Shown here one piece after another: positions 13,411 to 27,337 of a stretch of DNA of 64,000 nt (the stretch's first letter is position 1; each line of letters begins with the position of its first letter). The position numbers were made by a program, and so were the translations under genes. Below the pieces are notes generated by a model. It was not told the DNA's origin, searched no databases, and saw only the letters and a program-made list of their open reading frames with translations. This DNA is from Antedon mediterranea (taxonomy: Eukaryota > Animalia > Echinodermata): contig NC_092677.1 of assembly GCF_964355755.1 (NCBI RefSeq), forward strand, positions 4,858,101-4,922,100. Reading direction: 5' to 3'.

Positions 13411-14756
13411 TGTCACACAGCCGCAATTACGACTCTTTCGGACATGTAATATCTGGTAACCACCGGTAAACAACGGTAAATAGCCACAACTGTACACATA
13501 TAAATGTCAAAAGTAAATTTAATAATAGTCTTTGACAAACAATTCTTCCTTTATAATCCAAACCACCCCCCCCCCCAAAAAAAACCCACAAAAAAGCCCA
13601 CCCAATTCTCAAACAATGATACAGTATCCCTATTCCCCACACAATTTATACACTTTCCCAAATTCCCAATCCTTCCAGACAAAATATCAACAATCTTCTT
13701 ATTGTCAAATAAATCCCAGAACCCCCCTTCCAAATACAATATTATCACAAGATGAATAATTAAACAATAATAAATGTCCACAATATCGTTCCTTCTTGCC
13801 TTTTCTCCTACGCTGACACAAAACAAATTCGAAAGATAAAAGTTAAAACGATTCTGCAACTAAACAACTCCCACGCCTCTGCTCCCGTTCTGCTTGTATT
13901 CCCAATTATAATTCTTCTCAAACTGCAACTATTTTCTGACATATAAATAAATAAATGAAATATAAAGTTAAAATGTTTCTTGATGTCTTTCTGTACTGCC
14001 TTATAGTATTACTTCCATAATTATTTCCAACGCACAATTTATTAACTTCATGTATATTACTTTATTTCCTTCCTGCTTCAGCTCTATTTTCTGCTTCAGC
14101 TCTATATCACCATAATTATTTCCAACTCACAATTTATTAACTTCATGTATATCACCATAGCTATTTCCAACGCACAATTTATTAACTTCATGTATATCAC
14201 TTTATTTCCTTTCTGCTTCAGCTCTATATCACCATAACTATTTCCAACGCACAATTTATTAACTTCATGTATATCACTTTATTTCCTTTCTGCTTCAGCT
14301 CTATATCACCATAATTATTTCCAACTCACAATTTATTAACTTCATAGTATATCACCTAATTTCCTTTCCGCTTCAGCTCTATATCACCATAATTCTTTCC
14401 AACCCACACTTTATTAACTTCATATGTATCACTTTACTTCCTTTCTGCTTCAACATAACATAGCCCTCCTTCTCTGTCTCCTCTCAATTTTCATCTCTCT
14501 CTCAACATTCCCTCAATTGCACACATACCACCACCTTATCCTTCTCAACCAATCAGCAACTCACACACCAAGTCAACTCTTACACCTCTCCTCCAATCAG
14601 CAACCTCCACACACTCCTTCTCTGCACACAAACACTCTGCTCCACTGGCTTCAAACAATAGTTTCCTAAAACAAAAGAAAGGTTCAAATAATGAAAACAA
14701 AAGGAAAAGTAAGCATGACTTGCAAAATAAATACAAAACTTATGTCACTTGTGACA
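13411..14756 (-). mobile_element. Gypsy LTR copy 3
   Basis: TGTCAC...GTGACA; near-identical to the other copies. Confidence 0.9.
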
Positions 14757-17700
14757 TTTACTCCCCTCTAAAAGAATAATGTCCCAACATTTTCTTCAAA
14801 CCGGAATGGGTCCTAATACTTTGAAACATGTGTTTGTTGTTTGATTGTTGATTGATTTCAATGTGTTATAGTTCGTCACTCTCATGGTTAAAATGTATTA
14901 TCAAAGCCAATTGAAGTAAAAAAGTCGGATTTTCATCTTTTGCGTATAGTATATCACATTTAAAAGAGTGCGCATCTATTGTCTATTTGTCAACATTATT
15001 TCTCCAACATGGTTATATGTTGTTTCTCAGATTATTTTCTTCCAAAATTGTAATCTTCGTGTTTCTTTTTTGATGACGTGATCATGTTAAAAATTAGAAT
15101 TAAAGCAGGTTTTCGTAATTTTCACATATGTACTAAACTGTAGGTATTTATTCTTTCCTTAGCATTATTTTGTCTGTCAATTATTTTGAGATCAATTTCA
15201 TCTAGCTAAGTTAATTTTTCAGAGTATATTCCTTATGGCCAGGAATCGATGTGATTATCTTTTCATGTTGCAGTGCGCAATCAAAAATTGAACGAAATCA
15301 CGTTTGTAATCATATACCTTCATACAAGCATGTATCATAATTAAATCAAATTTGGTACTCATAGGTTTCAGGTAATATAGATAGATTATTACATACCGCA
15401 ATGAATCATCATTTTTTACTGATGATATCTTTAACAAGTTTGTTAATGATGCACTGTCAAAGTATACACTTTCAACTTTATATATGAACATTGTAAAGAA
15501 GGAGGTTAATGATTTTGTTTGATTGTCGAAATTAAATGTTTTGAATTTAATATGCAATTAATGGTAACTTATGCGGAGGGATCTTTGATTGGGTTGTTTT
15601 ATTCAAGTGTATGGCTTGATGTGCAGTGATACCGGCTATTGTATTTGGGTTACCAATTACCTATCTTTCATATATTATAAATAATTAAAGATCTGACAAA
15701 ATCAATCAATGTATTTTAAAAATCAATTATCTGTATTTAAATCAATGCATTTAACCCTACAGTATAATTCGTCTAGTTATATTTTTGTGTTTATATGTGA
15801 AATAGTAAGGTGTAGGAATATTATTATTCAAATTCAATTTTAATTTATATCTTAGGTTTTTTTTTAGACAATTGAGTTAGGTTTCTTTTGTCAAACATTT
15901 TACCTAAATGCCATTATTTTGTAATTTTATAACAATAGATAAATATTGTTTACCATCCTATATGAGATATGAGATAATTATTCAATTTTAATCAAATCAT
16001 TTTTATTTCATAAGACCGCAATAAAAACCAACTGAATACATGCAGGTGAGTTTATTTGCATACTCTATTTTGATTAAATTGAGTACATCATTATGACACT
16101 TGTAATTAAACATTGAATTGATGATATAAATATGGTGGTATATCAATGACCAAAAGTTAAAAGAAACATTTGTTTGTGTTAACTACAGAAGTGGAGAAGA
16201 TGAATGTGATGGTGCACATTTTCCACTTGTAAGCAAATCAAGTTCACCAAACCAGGTTGGCTATAATGATTATTTATGATTTAATTAAAAGTTTTACACA
16301 ATTTTACAGGCGTGGTTCTGCACAGCTTCGTATAACCATCGACTTAACTATTGAACGCAAAACAAAACACTGTTGACTGAATGAACGGTCAACAATCAAA
16401 CAATCGACGGTTCCCACAACACGCAAAAAACATTATGTCACTTGTATTTTTACTGGTGGAAAATTACGATTGCCGATTTGCTGGGCAATACATGAGAGTT
16501 TAATTTCATTTATGTGCGAGAGTACCATTTCCGACCATAGGGGTGTCATTTACCAAGATTTGCTTCAACGCAGGGGGGGGGGGGGTCTGGCTGTGGCTCA
16601 TGTGCTTAGTGCCTGGTCTGACCCCCACCCCTGATTTTTAAACATGCTGATAGTTGTGTTTTTTTGGGTTTCGTAAATATGCTAAAATACAGTTTTGTTA
16701 ATTTTGGGTGTAATTTCTGTGGTCCCCAAATTCTTGTTGAAGCTTATTAATTTAAATAAATTACTTTACTTTTATCCAGTTACTATGCAGTAACAAAGAA
16801 CTACAGCATAGAATTAGTGAAAGTGTTTAATAGTTTGAAAACAAGATTCTTTATAAATTCCTTTTTTTTTTCAGAAAAGTTCTGATTGTGAAGGCAGTAC
16901 ACTTTTACCAGAACACCCAGAAGAACAAGGTAAACTTTGACATTATTCTGTATACTTTCAATGTCAACATGAGAATGCATTCAAACAATCAAAACCAACT
17001 TGTGCTGTTATTTTTGGCTTATTAAGTGTACTATATTTTTTAATTTGTCTTTTATTAATGAGGGAAGACTGTGTTTTATTGAGCCAATTATTTTACTATT
17101 ATTGGAAGTAGGCCTACTGTCACACAGCCGCAATTACGACTCTTTCGGACATGTAATATCTGGTAACCACCGGTAAACAACGGTAAATAGCCACAACTGT
17201 ACACATATAAATGTCAAAAGTAAATTTAATAATAGTCTTTGACAAACAATTCTTCCTTTATAATCCAAACCACCCCCCCCCCCCCCCCCAAAAAAACCCA
17301 CAAAAAAGCCCACCCAATTCTCAAACAATGATACAGTATCCCTATTCCCCACACAATTTATACACTTTCCCAAATTCCCAATCCTTCCAGACAAAATATC
17401 AACAATCTTCTTATTGTCAAATAAATCCCAGAACCCCCCTTCCAAATACAATATTATCACAAGATGAATAATTAAACAATAATAAATGTCCACAATATCG
17501 TTCCTTCTTGCCTTTTCTCCTACGCTGACACAAAACAAATTCGAAAGATAAAAGTTAAAACGATTCTGCAACTAAACAACTCCCACGCCTCTGCTCCCGT
17601 TCTGCTTGTATTCCCAATTATAATTCTTCTCAAACTGCAACTATTTTCTGACATATAAATAAATAAATAAAATATAAAGTTAAAATGTTTCTTGATGTCT

Positions 17701-18489
17701 TTCTGTACTGCCTTATAGTATTACTTCCATAATTATTTCCAACGCACAATTTATTAACTTCATGTATATTACTTTATTTCCTTCCTGCTTCAGCTCTATT
17801 TTCTGCTTCAGCTCTATATCACCATAATTATTTCCAACTCACAATTTATTAACTTCATGTATATCACCATAGCTATTTCCAACGCACAATTTATTAACTT
17901 CATGTATATCACTTTATTTCCTTTCTGCTTCAGCTCTATATCACCATAACTATTTCCAACGCACAATTTATTAACTTCATGTATATCACTTTATTTCCTT
18001 TCTGCTTCAGCTCTATATCACCATAATTATTTCCAACTCACAATTTATTAACTTCATAGTATATCACCTAATTTCCTTTCCGCTTCAGCTCTATATCACC
18101 ATAATTCTTTCCAACCCACACTTTATTAACTTCATATGTATCACTTTACTTCCTTTCTGCTTCAACATAACATAGCCCTCCTTCTCTGTCTCCTCTCAAT
18201 TTTCATCTCTCTCTCAACATTCCCTCAATTGCACACATACCACCACCTTATCCTTCTCAACCAATCAGCAACTCACACACCAAGTCAACTCTTACACCTC
18301 TCCTCCAATCAGCAACCTCCACACACTCCTTCTCTGCACACAAACACTCTGCTCCACTGGCTTCAAACAATAGTTTCCTAAAACAAAAGAAAGGTTCAAA
18401 TAATGAAAACAAAAGGAAAAGTAAGCATGACTTGCAAAATAAATACAAAACTTATGTCACTTGTGACATTTACTCCCCTCTAAAAGAAT

Positions 18490-20464
18490 AATGTCCCAAC
18501 ATTTTCTTCAAACCGGAATGGGTCCTAATACTTTGAAACATGTGTTTGTTGTTTGATTGTTGTTTGTGTGTTTCTGTGGTCCTAAGTGTTCTGAATGGTG
18601 GATTCTTAGTGTTAGCTTGAGACCGGGTAACCACAGAACATCCTTCAAGATTTTGCTCTGTCCATGTTGGATCTGGATTTCCTGTTGCTCGTACTCCTGC
18701 AATGTTACCTAATATCAAACCATAAATAGGGTTATCCATACATAGTGCATACGTTTTTCCTGAAAAGAATGGAGTATTAACATTTATTAATGCAACCGGT
18801 AAGTTGCGCAAAAGTGCCATCAATCAACATACATGTTTTCTCTTTACCCGTAAGTTGTTCGGCGGATACAAGTTCTTTCTTCACAAACACCCCACTACAG
18901 CCACTGTCACGAAGAACAGAGACACGGCGTGATCCAACACAACCTGTATAAATGGGCATTTTACTACTTGAATTATTTAGAACCGCTGCCATAATTGGAA
19001 GACAGTGCCCACACTGAAGCGTGACCTTATCACCATCATTATTGATACAACATTGATTTAAAGATTCTGACATTTTCGTAACCATACTAGCCCCCACAAC
19101 GGGAATTTCTTCTTTGGCTTTACAATCGGGTTGGTTTGTACATTTTTGGCAATCAGACTCTTTTTGTAGTAAAGTAGACAACCCCGAGAAACTGTTGGTA
19201 TCCTGTCTACAATTTCTGGCAATATGTCCCGTTTTTAAGCATCGGTAACACTTTGGAGGAGAGTTTCGCTTATACCTAGTTGCAGCTCTGCCGTTTGGCT
19301 CTTTTTGAGGTGAAATAGACAACCCAGCGCGTCTACAATTTCTGGCAATGTGTCCTGTTTTTAAGCATCTGTAACATTTTGGAGGAGGGTTTGGTTTATA
19401 CATAGTTGAGGCTCTGCAATTTCTAGCCAAGTGACCTACACGATGGCATATAAAACAAGTTGGGCTACGGAAACTAGATAGGCTTTGTGATGAAGATGTA
19501 CTTGGAACATTATTAGAGGAAAGTTGAGGAGAATTAGGCTCTTTTTGTTTAAACTCTATTGATTTACCAAATAACCCCCACGGGCTTCCAAATATGGTTC
19601 CGCGATTTCAGTCATCGCTTGTATCGTCTTCGGTTGACGTTCCCTTAGGAACAGAGCTAGATCCTTCCCACACCCATCGGTAAACTGCTCTCGCAGCAAT
19701 AAATCTTTTAACCCCTGAAAGGTTTTTTCCCCCTCTGCTAGGTCAATCCACCTATCCAGATAATTGCTTAACCTTGCAGCAAATTGCGGGCCGCTTTCTC
19801 CGTATTCGGGCTTGGCTGTTCGTAACTTATGTCGAAATCCATCGGCGGTTAACTGAAACCGTTTTAGAAGAGCCAATTTCAACAGTTTGTAATCGTGAGC
19901 TTCAGCTGAAGACAACCTGGAATAAACCTCGAGAGCCTTCCCAGTTAGTAGGGCACTTAAGTTAACCGGCCACTCAATTTCTTTCCACTCCTGACTAGTC
20001 GCATACCGTTCAAACCTTTTCAGATAGGCATCTAGGTCATCTGTTCGGTCATGGAAAGGGGGTAATTTAGGTTTACTGGCCTTAACCCGTGACTCAGGAT
20101 TGGGTAATACTCTACCACCTGGCCGTGCCCGATTCTTTTCTTGCTCTAATTGGATTTCTAACCTTTGCATTTCTATGAGATAGGCCTGATTTTCAGCTTC
20201 TTTCACCCTTTCATTTTCTCTCTCTTTTTCTTCACTTGCTCTTTTTCTCTCTGCTTCGTCCTTCTCTAGTACCTCTCTTCTGTCTCTCTCTTCCTTGTCT
20301 CTGTTTCGCTCTTTTTCTTCTCTCTCCCTGTTTCTTTCTTCTCTCTCTAGTGCTCTCTCTTCTCTCTCTCTGACAGCTTCCCCTCTCTTTTCCACAAACT
20401 CTCTTAATTCCACTCCATCTAACCCCAACGCTTTTCCTGCGTCAACAATTTTAGTGAGATCCAT
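18490..20464 (-). pseudogene. gag: gag-protease ORF: coiled coil, capsid (SCAN-related), three CCHC zinc knuckles, aspartic protease; frameshifted near 19560 and 18815
   Basis: LPPFHDRTDDLDAYLKRFERYA..LLTGKALEVY..LKDLLLREQF; CFICHRVGHLARNC and CYRCLKTGHIARNC x2; VLRDSGCS. Confidence 0.85.
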
Positions 20465-20615
20465 TAAGAAAAAAAATAAATATATATATATATATATATA
20501 TATGTATAAGTATCCAATATAAGTATACAGTATATCAATAATATGGCAAATAGACATTCCAAGAATCACGTACAATTGTTTCATCTACCAATGTTCACGC
20601 TAGGTTACAAATCGC

Positions 20616-20633
20616 TCCCGGACGAGCCCCCCA
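20616..20633 (-). promoter_or_regulatory. Primer binding site complementary to the tRNA-Pro 3' end
   Basis: The minus strand reads TGGGGGGCTCGTCCGGGA 4 nt after the 5'LTR; the known tRNA-Pro PBS is TGGGGGCTCGTCCGGGAT. Confidence 0.85.
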
Positions 20634-23600
20634 TAAATGTCACACAGCCGCAATTACGGCTCTTTCGGACATGTAATATCTGGTAACCACCGGTAAACAA
20701 CGGTAAATAGCCACAACTGTACACATATAAATGTAAAAAGTAAATTTAATAATAGTCTTTGACAAACAATTCTTCCTTTATAATCCAACCCCCCCCCCCC
20801 CCAAAAAAAAAAACCCACAAAAAAAAGCCCACCCAATTCTCAAACAATGATACAGTATCCCTATTCCCCACACAATTTATACACTTTCCCAAATTCCCAA
20901 TCCTTCCAGACAAAATATCAACAATCTTCTTATTGTCAAATAAATCCCAGAACCCCCCTTCCAAATACAATATTATCACAAGATGAATAATTAAACAATA
21001 ATAAATGTCCACAATATCGTTCCTTCTTGCCTTTTCTCCTACGCTGACACAATAGTTCGTCACTCCCATGGTTAAAATGTATTATCAAAGCCAATTGAAG
21101 TAAAAAAGTCGGATTTTCATCTTTTGCGTATAGTATATCACATTTAAAAGAGTGCGCATCTATTGTCTATTTGTCAACATTATTTCTCCAACATGGTTAT
21201 ATGTTGTTTCTCAGATTATTTTCTTCCAAAATTGTAATCTTCGTGTTTCTTTTTTGATGACGTGATCATGTTAAAAATTAGAATTAAAGCAGGTTTTCGT
21301 AATTTTCACATATGTACTAAACTGTAGGTATTTATTCTTTCCTTAGCATTATTTTGTCTGTCAATTATTTTGAGATCAATTTCATCTAGCTAAGTTAATT
21401 TTTCAGAGTATATTCCTTATGGCCAGGAATCGATGTGATTATCTTTTCATGTTGCAGTGCGCAATCAAAAATTGAACGAAATCACGTTTGTAATCATATA
21501 CCTTCATACAAGCATGTATCATAATTAAATCAAATTTGGTACTCATAGGTTTCAGGTAATATAGATAGATTATTACATACCGCAATGAATCATCATTTTT
21601 TACTGATGATATCTTTAACAAGTTTGTTAATGATGCACTGTCAAAGTATACACTTTCAACTTTATATATGAACATTGTAAAGAAGGAGGTTAATGATTTT
21701 GTTTGATTGTCGAAATTAAATGTTTTGAATTTAATATGCAATTAATGGTAACTTATGTGGAGGGATCTTTGATTGTATGGCTTGATGTGCAGTGATACCG
21801 GCTATTGTATTTGGGTTACCAATTACCTATCTTTCATATATTATAAATAATTAAAGATCTGACAAAATCAATCAATATATTTTAAAAATCAATTATCTGT
21901 ATTTAAATCAATGCATTTAACCCTACAGTATAATTCGTCTAGTTATATTTTTGTGTTTATATGTGAAATAGTAAGGTGTATGAATATTATTATTCAAATT
22001 CAATTTAAATTTATATCTTAGGTTTTTTTTTAGACAATTGAGTTAGGTTTCTTTTGTAAAACATTTTACCTAAATGCCATTATTTTGTAATTTTATAACA
22101 ATAGATAAATATTGTTTACCATCCTATATGAGATATGAGATAATTATTCAATTTTAATCAAATCATTTTTATTTCATAAGACCGCAATAAAAACCAACTG
22201 AATACATGCAGGTGAGTTTATTTGCATACTCTATTTTGATTAAATTGAGTACATCATTATGACACTTGTAATTAAACATTGAATTGATGATATAATTATG
22301 GTGGTATATCAATGACCAAAAGTTAAAAGAAACATTTGTTTGTGTTAACTACAGAAGTGGAGAAGATGAATGTGATGGTGCACATTTTCCACTTGTAAGC
22401 AAATCAAGTTCACCAAACCAGGTTGGCTATAATGATTATTTATGATTTAATTAAAAGTTTTACACAATTTTACAGGCGTGGTTCTGCACAGCTTCGTATA
22501 ACCATCGACTTTACTGGTGGAAAATTACGATTGCCGATTTGCTGGGCAATACATGAGAGTTTAATTTCATTTATGTGCGAGAGTACCATTTCCGACCATA
22601 GGGGTGTCAATTACCAAGATTTGCTTCAACGCAGGGGGGGGGGGGGGGTCTGGCTGTGGCTCATGTGCTTAGTGCCTGGTCTGACCCCCACCCCTGATTT
22701 TTAAACATGCTGATAGTTGTGTTTTTTTGGGTTTCGTAAATATGCTAAAATACAGTTTTGTTAATTTTGGGTGTAATTTCTGTGGTCCCCAAATTCTTGT
22801 TGAAGCTTATTAATTTAAATAAATTACTTTACTTTTATCCAGTTACTATGCAGTAACAAAGAACTACAGCATAGAATTAGTGAAAGTGTTTAATAGTTTG
22901 AAAACAAGATTCTTTATAAATTCCTTTTTTTTTTCAGAAAAGTTCTGATTGTGAAGGCAGTACACTTTTACCAGAACACCCAGAAGAACAAGGTAAACTT
23001 TGACATTATTCTGTATACTTTCAATGTCAACATGAGAATGCATTCAAACAATCAAAACAAACTTGTGCTGTTATTTTTGGCTTATTAAGTGTACTATATT
23101 TTTTAATTTGTCTTTTATTAATGAGGGAAGACTGTGTTTTATTGAGCCAATTATTTTACTATTATTGGAAGTAGGCCTACCCTGCAATACACATGATCAC
23201 AGTACCCCATCAAATTGATTTTTTAATTTAAAAGACAAATAGCAACAGTTGTATGTTAATGTGTAGAAAGTTTAAGATAACAGCATATGGGTAGTAAATA
23301 GAATATACTCTGCTCTAAAACTTGCTTTATTTAAAACAATACATTTTTATATTAGCAAAACCAGTTGATTTGATTATTTTTCACTACATTTTCAAGATTT
23401 TTAAATCATTACTCTTACATTTGAATACGATTGTGTAGAAAGTCATGAGTAAAATATAAACATATGTAATATTTTTAAGTTTATGGGTAATATTGCTCTC
23501 AATCAAGGGCATTATGACTACTTTTAAGGGAGGAGTACAGAGCTGTAGGCACAAGGTGAATTTTGCTAAATGAAACCCTTAGATGGCCGGAAATGATACT

Positions 23601-25169
23601 TTGCACATAACATTCATGATAAATGGCACTTCTAGTTTGCCGGAAATGCTATTTTAGCGAGCTAGCAATTCAAACAGCAATACGATCCATAGCTTATTTT
23701 GTTTCCGCCGGTAACACATACAGTATGTGACTAAAAATATAGGATATATGAACTTTTGTTCCGGTACAGTAATAAATTCCAATAACTATAATCAATTGAT
23801 CTAGGCCTATATATAAATTGACAAAATTCGGTAAATCATGCGTTACTTCTACAATGTGTACTCGATGGTATATAAAGTTGGTTCGTACTTTCGGTACTGA
23901 CTTTAACCACCTGATGTTTTTTTTGTTTGTTTTTTTGTTATTTTTTTATATTTAGGCAAATTGCCAAGGATAACCATAAGCAAATTCATTCACTATCCTT
24001 CTTAGAGGTGGCAATCCGTTCACGAGACAAACATATACACACGATGCTCTACATAAACAAAGTCTTATTACAAGTCTTTGGGAGTGGAGTTGTAAATTGT
24101 CATTAGAAAAAATCCTGACACGTGTAACCCTGTTTACTAATTAAATTAAGTTAAACGAATTTCATTTCAACGATTTGCCCCATATAGGATAAGTAGGTAA
24201 ATTTATTGGCCCTTGGATAAACTTAAAATCTGTAAATATAGTATTGCAATACAATACTGTAAATACGTATATTAACCATTTTTGGTCGCCATTTGATTCG
24301 TCTTACTGTGAGTGTGGGTACTGTTAGATATAACCACATATACAAATAAATTTATTACTGTGAGTGTGGGTAGGCCCTACTGTTAGATAATATAAACTCA
24401 TAATATACAAATAAACTTTATTACTGACAGTTGCTTCTCAACGTTTGTATTGATAATTTAAAAAATATAAACGTCGTAGTGGTGTATCTTTACATGTACT
24501 ATGCTATTTCAATCGACTATGACAGTGACAGTTTTAACACAAAGTATTAAATCGCAAATGTTCTACTGTATTTAGTGGTATATTATTGATAGGCCTATAA
24601 AACATGAAAAATATTTCGTCAATGAGTGGATAAAGAATATATTTAAAAATTGTTCTACTTTGTACCCATGCTCTTCCCCATCCCTCAAACCTAATGTTAC
24701 ATACAAAATACATAAATTGGGTTTGTTTAAATGAGTCCAAATAAAAAATTTGCACTCATTTTGTGTGACCACAATTTTAGTTGAATCATCGTTTCTATTT
24801 ATTTTGTTTCTGTAAACGACAATGTATTATAGTACATACTAGTCATGCAAATTAAGTATTATCAGTTAATTGTAAATGTTTGACAAAAAGTAAAGCTGCT
24901 TTTATACATATAGAGCACAGTTCATCTATCTTCTACACCAATCGCTTTCACCACAAACAACTTTATAAGCTAGATGAATACAGCTCTGCTCATCTTTCTG
25001 CTCACGAGCTTGGCTTGACGGTACCCATTGGCAACCCCAACTTGGAACAATCTTAGTCAATGCTGATGACCGAAGATATTTAGCACCCATTCAAACAACT
25101 AAACAAACACTAACAGCCTTTTAAATAAAATAACCCAACGATCGAAATGAATTTTATAACTTTACACGA

Positions 25170-27290
25170 GTGCAAAATAAAATAAAACTTTTACTTAAAA
25201 TGCTGTTTATGTCATAATAAAATAACTACTACTGTTCTTTTATTACAGCTTCAATGGTAACCACTGCCGTAAAACAAGGAAAGGCTAGAATTCCTTTTTA
25301 TATGTCACCAAAATACAAAAACAAATGCAATCAAGTGTAACACGCCGATCACAAATTTAGTATAGCTATTTACTGGTTTTTACGGCACTTCCATTTGTAT
25401 AGCCTTTAGATTAATGTACAATTTTTCGTGACAATTTCAAACAATTAAGGGCGTTTTAAAAAAACAATTTCTCAGGTACCGAAGGGTTTCTTGGGTTAGT
25501 AAACAGTGAAATGCGTGGGCCTTGCCAAAACTTATATGTTACCAATACAAAAACAAATTAAGAAATGTATCTTTACAAACAAGTGTAACATGCCAATCAC
25601 GAATTTAGTATAGCAATTTACTGGTTTTTACGACACTTCCGTTTCTATTGGCTTTGGATTAATGTACAATTGCAGGTTTTCATGACAATTTCGAATTATT
25701 AAGGGTGTTTTCGAAAAAACTAAAAAAAATATTATCAGGTACGGTACCCAAGGGTTTCTTGGGTTAGTGACATTCACATTTGTGGGCCTTTCTAAAGCTC
25801 AGTTTTGAATGTGGGTGTACCCGCCCTCCTCCATCCAAGGGAGTAAAATACTAAATTGCACATTTTTAAGAAAAATTATTTTGAATTATCCACAATTTTC
25901 TTTGAAAGAATTGCTCTTGCTTAAAGAATTATTATATTTGCTTGTTTTTACAGAAGGCAGTGATTCTCCTGATGGGAAGTCATCTTGTCCAACATCAAGT
26001 GCATTTGTGGATAAGAGTAAGGTTTATGTTGATATTAACAACTTTGTAGCTGGAGAAGAAGATGATTACATAGTGAACAATAACTAGTCATTTTACACTT
26101 TAATAAATATCTATTTGATATTAAAGGCTGGCATAAGAATAAATTACATGGTTGGGTCATTTCTATTAAAGCACTGTAATTAAGGTTACGAGACTGAGTT
26201 TTGGGTTTTTACATACAATAAGGCTTATTCATTAATTTTAAATAGTTTTAATTGCCTTTTATTACCTGAATTTTGTGTGCAAAAAAATAAAAAAGTAAAA
26301 TAAAACTTTCTACATAAGACGCTGTTTATATCATAATAATATAACTACTACTATTTTTTTTTATTACAGGTCCAGTTTTAACAATGGAAAAGAATGACCT
26401 GTCTGCTGCCGTAGAAGGAAAGGCTAGAATCCTTTTTATATTATCCTTCACCAATACAAAAACAAATTAAGAAATTTATCTTTTACAAACAAATGTGACG
26501 GGCCAATCACGAATGTAGTATAGTTATTTACTGGTTTTTACGGCACTTCCGTTTGTATTGGCTCTGGATTAATGTACAATTGTAGGTTTTCGTGACAATT
26601 TCAAACAATTAAGGGCGTTTTTAAAAAAAACAGAAAAAATTATTCTTAGGTACACAAGGGGTTTTAGGGTTATTAAAATTAACATTTGTGGACCTTGCTA
26701 AAGCCTAGTTTTGAATATTGATGTAGCCCCCCACCTCCTCTTCCATCCAAAGGCGTAAAAGAGTAAATTACACATTTTTTAGCAAAATTATTTTGATTTA
26801 TCCACAATTTTCTTTGAAAGAATTGCTTTTGTTTAAAGAATTATTATATTTGCTTGTTTTTACAGAAGGCAGTGATTCTCCTGATGGGTTTTCCAATGAA
26901 AGTGTGAATGATAAATTGTTTCAAAACCCAGATGATGATTCTGCTGCAATATTCAATGTCAAGTGGAAGCAGGATGAAGCAAAGCAGCTGCAGTCATCAT
27001 TGCAGTCGCCTGATCCAAATTCACGCTATCAATGTGTATATGATAGTAAGAACAAGACGCATCTTGAGATCAGAAATGTTAAATCTGAATATGCAAGAGA
27101 ATATATGTGTGAAGTGGAAGTTAAAGAAAGACAGGAAATATACAATTGTACTTGAAGTTAGCAGTTAAAGCTAACAATAGAATATTATGCCTATTTTAAG
27201 ACCCCCTTTGAAATTAAGCTGGAACGATGACTAGTCATTTTACACTTCAATAACATCCATTTGATATTAATGGCTGGCCTAAGAAAAAAA
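25170..27290 (+). repeat. Old ~1.1-kb tandem duplication carrying decayed exons of gene A
   Basis: ...TTTACAG|AAGGCAGTGATTCTCCTGATGGG at ~25953 and 26866; CTAGTCATTTTACACTT at ~26083 and 27231; GGAAAGGCTAGAAT blocks at ~25278 and 26416. Confidence 0.75.
26866..27170 (+). pseudogene. Gene A post-TM Ig exon, damaged
   Basis: NVKWKQ..SRYQCVY..HLEIRNVKSEYAREYMCEV; counterpart of 49042-49374. TGA at 27153-27155 and donor GT changed to CT. Confidence 0.8.
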
Positions 27291-27337
27291 TATGACCTCT
27301 CGCCTGTATTTTCATTTTCTCCCCCTTCTTTTTATAG

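Larger units (their letters stand above)
17118..21050 (-). mobile_element. Non-autonomous Ty3/Gypsy (Gmr1-like) LTR retrotransposon: truncated 5'LTR, PBS, gag-protease, PPT, 3'LTR
   Basis: 3'LTR 17118-18468, PPT 18469-18482, 5'LTR remnant 20638-21050. No RT, RNase H or integrase motifs in the internal region. Confidence 0.9.
4422..23180. repeat. Tandem array: five copies of host segment X alternating with Gypsy LTRs, period ~3.7 kb
   Basis: X at ~4422-6009, 7463-9727, 11151-13410, 14856-17117 and 21052-23180. An identical 100-aa spurious ORF recurs at 4823, 7862, 11550, 15255 and 21439. The last copy runs into unique sequence at TAGGCCTAC|CCTGC. Confidence 0.95.
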
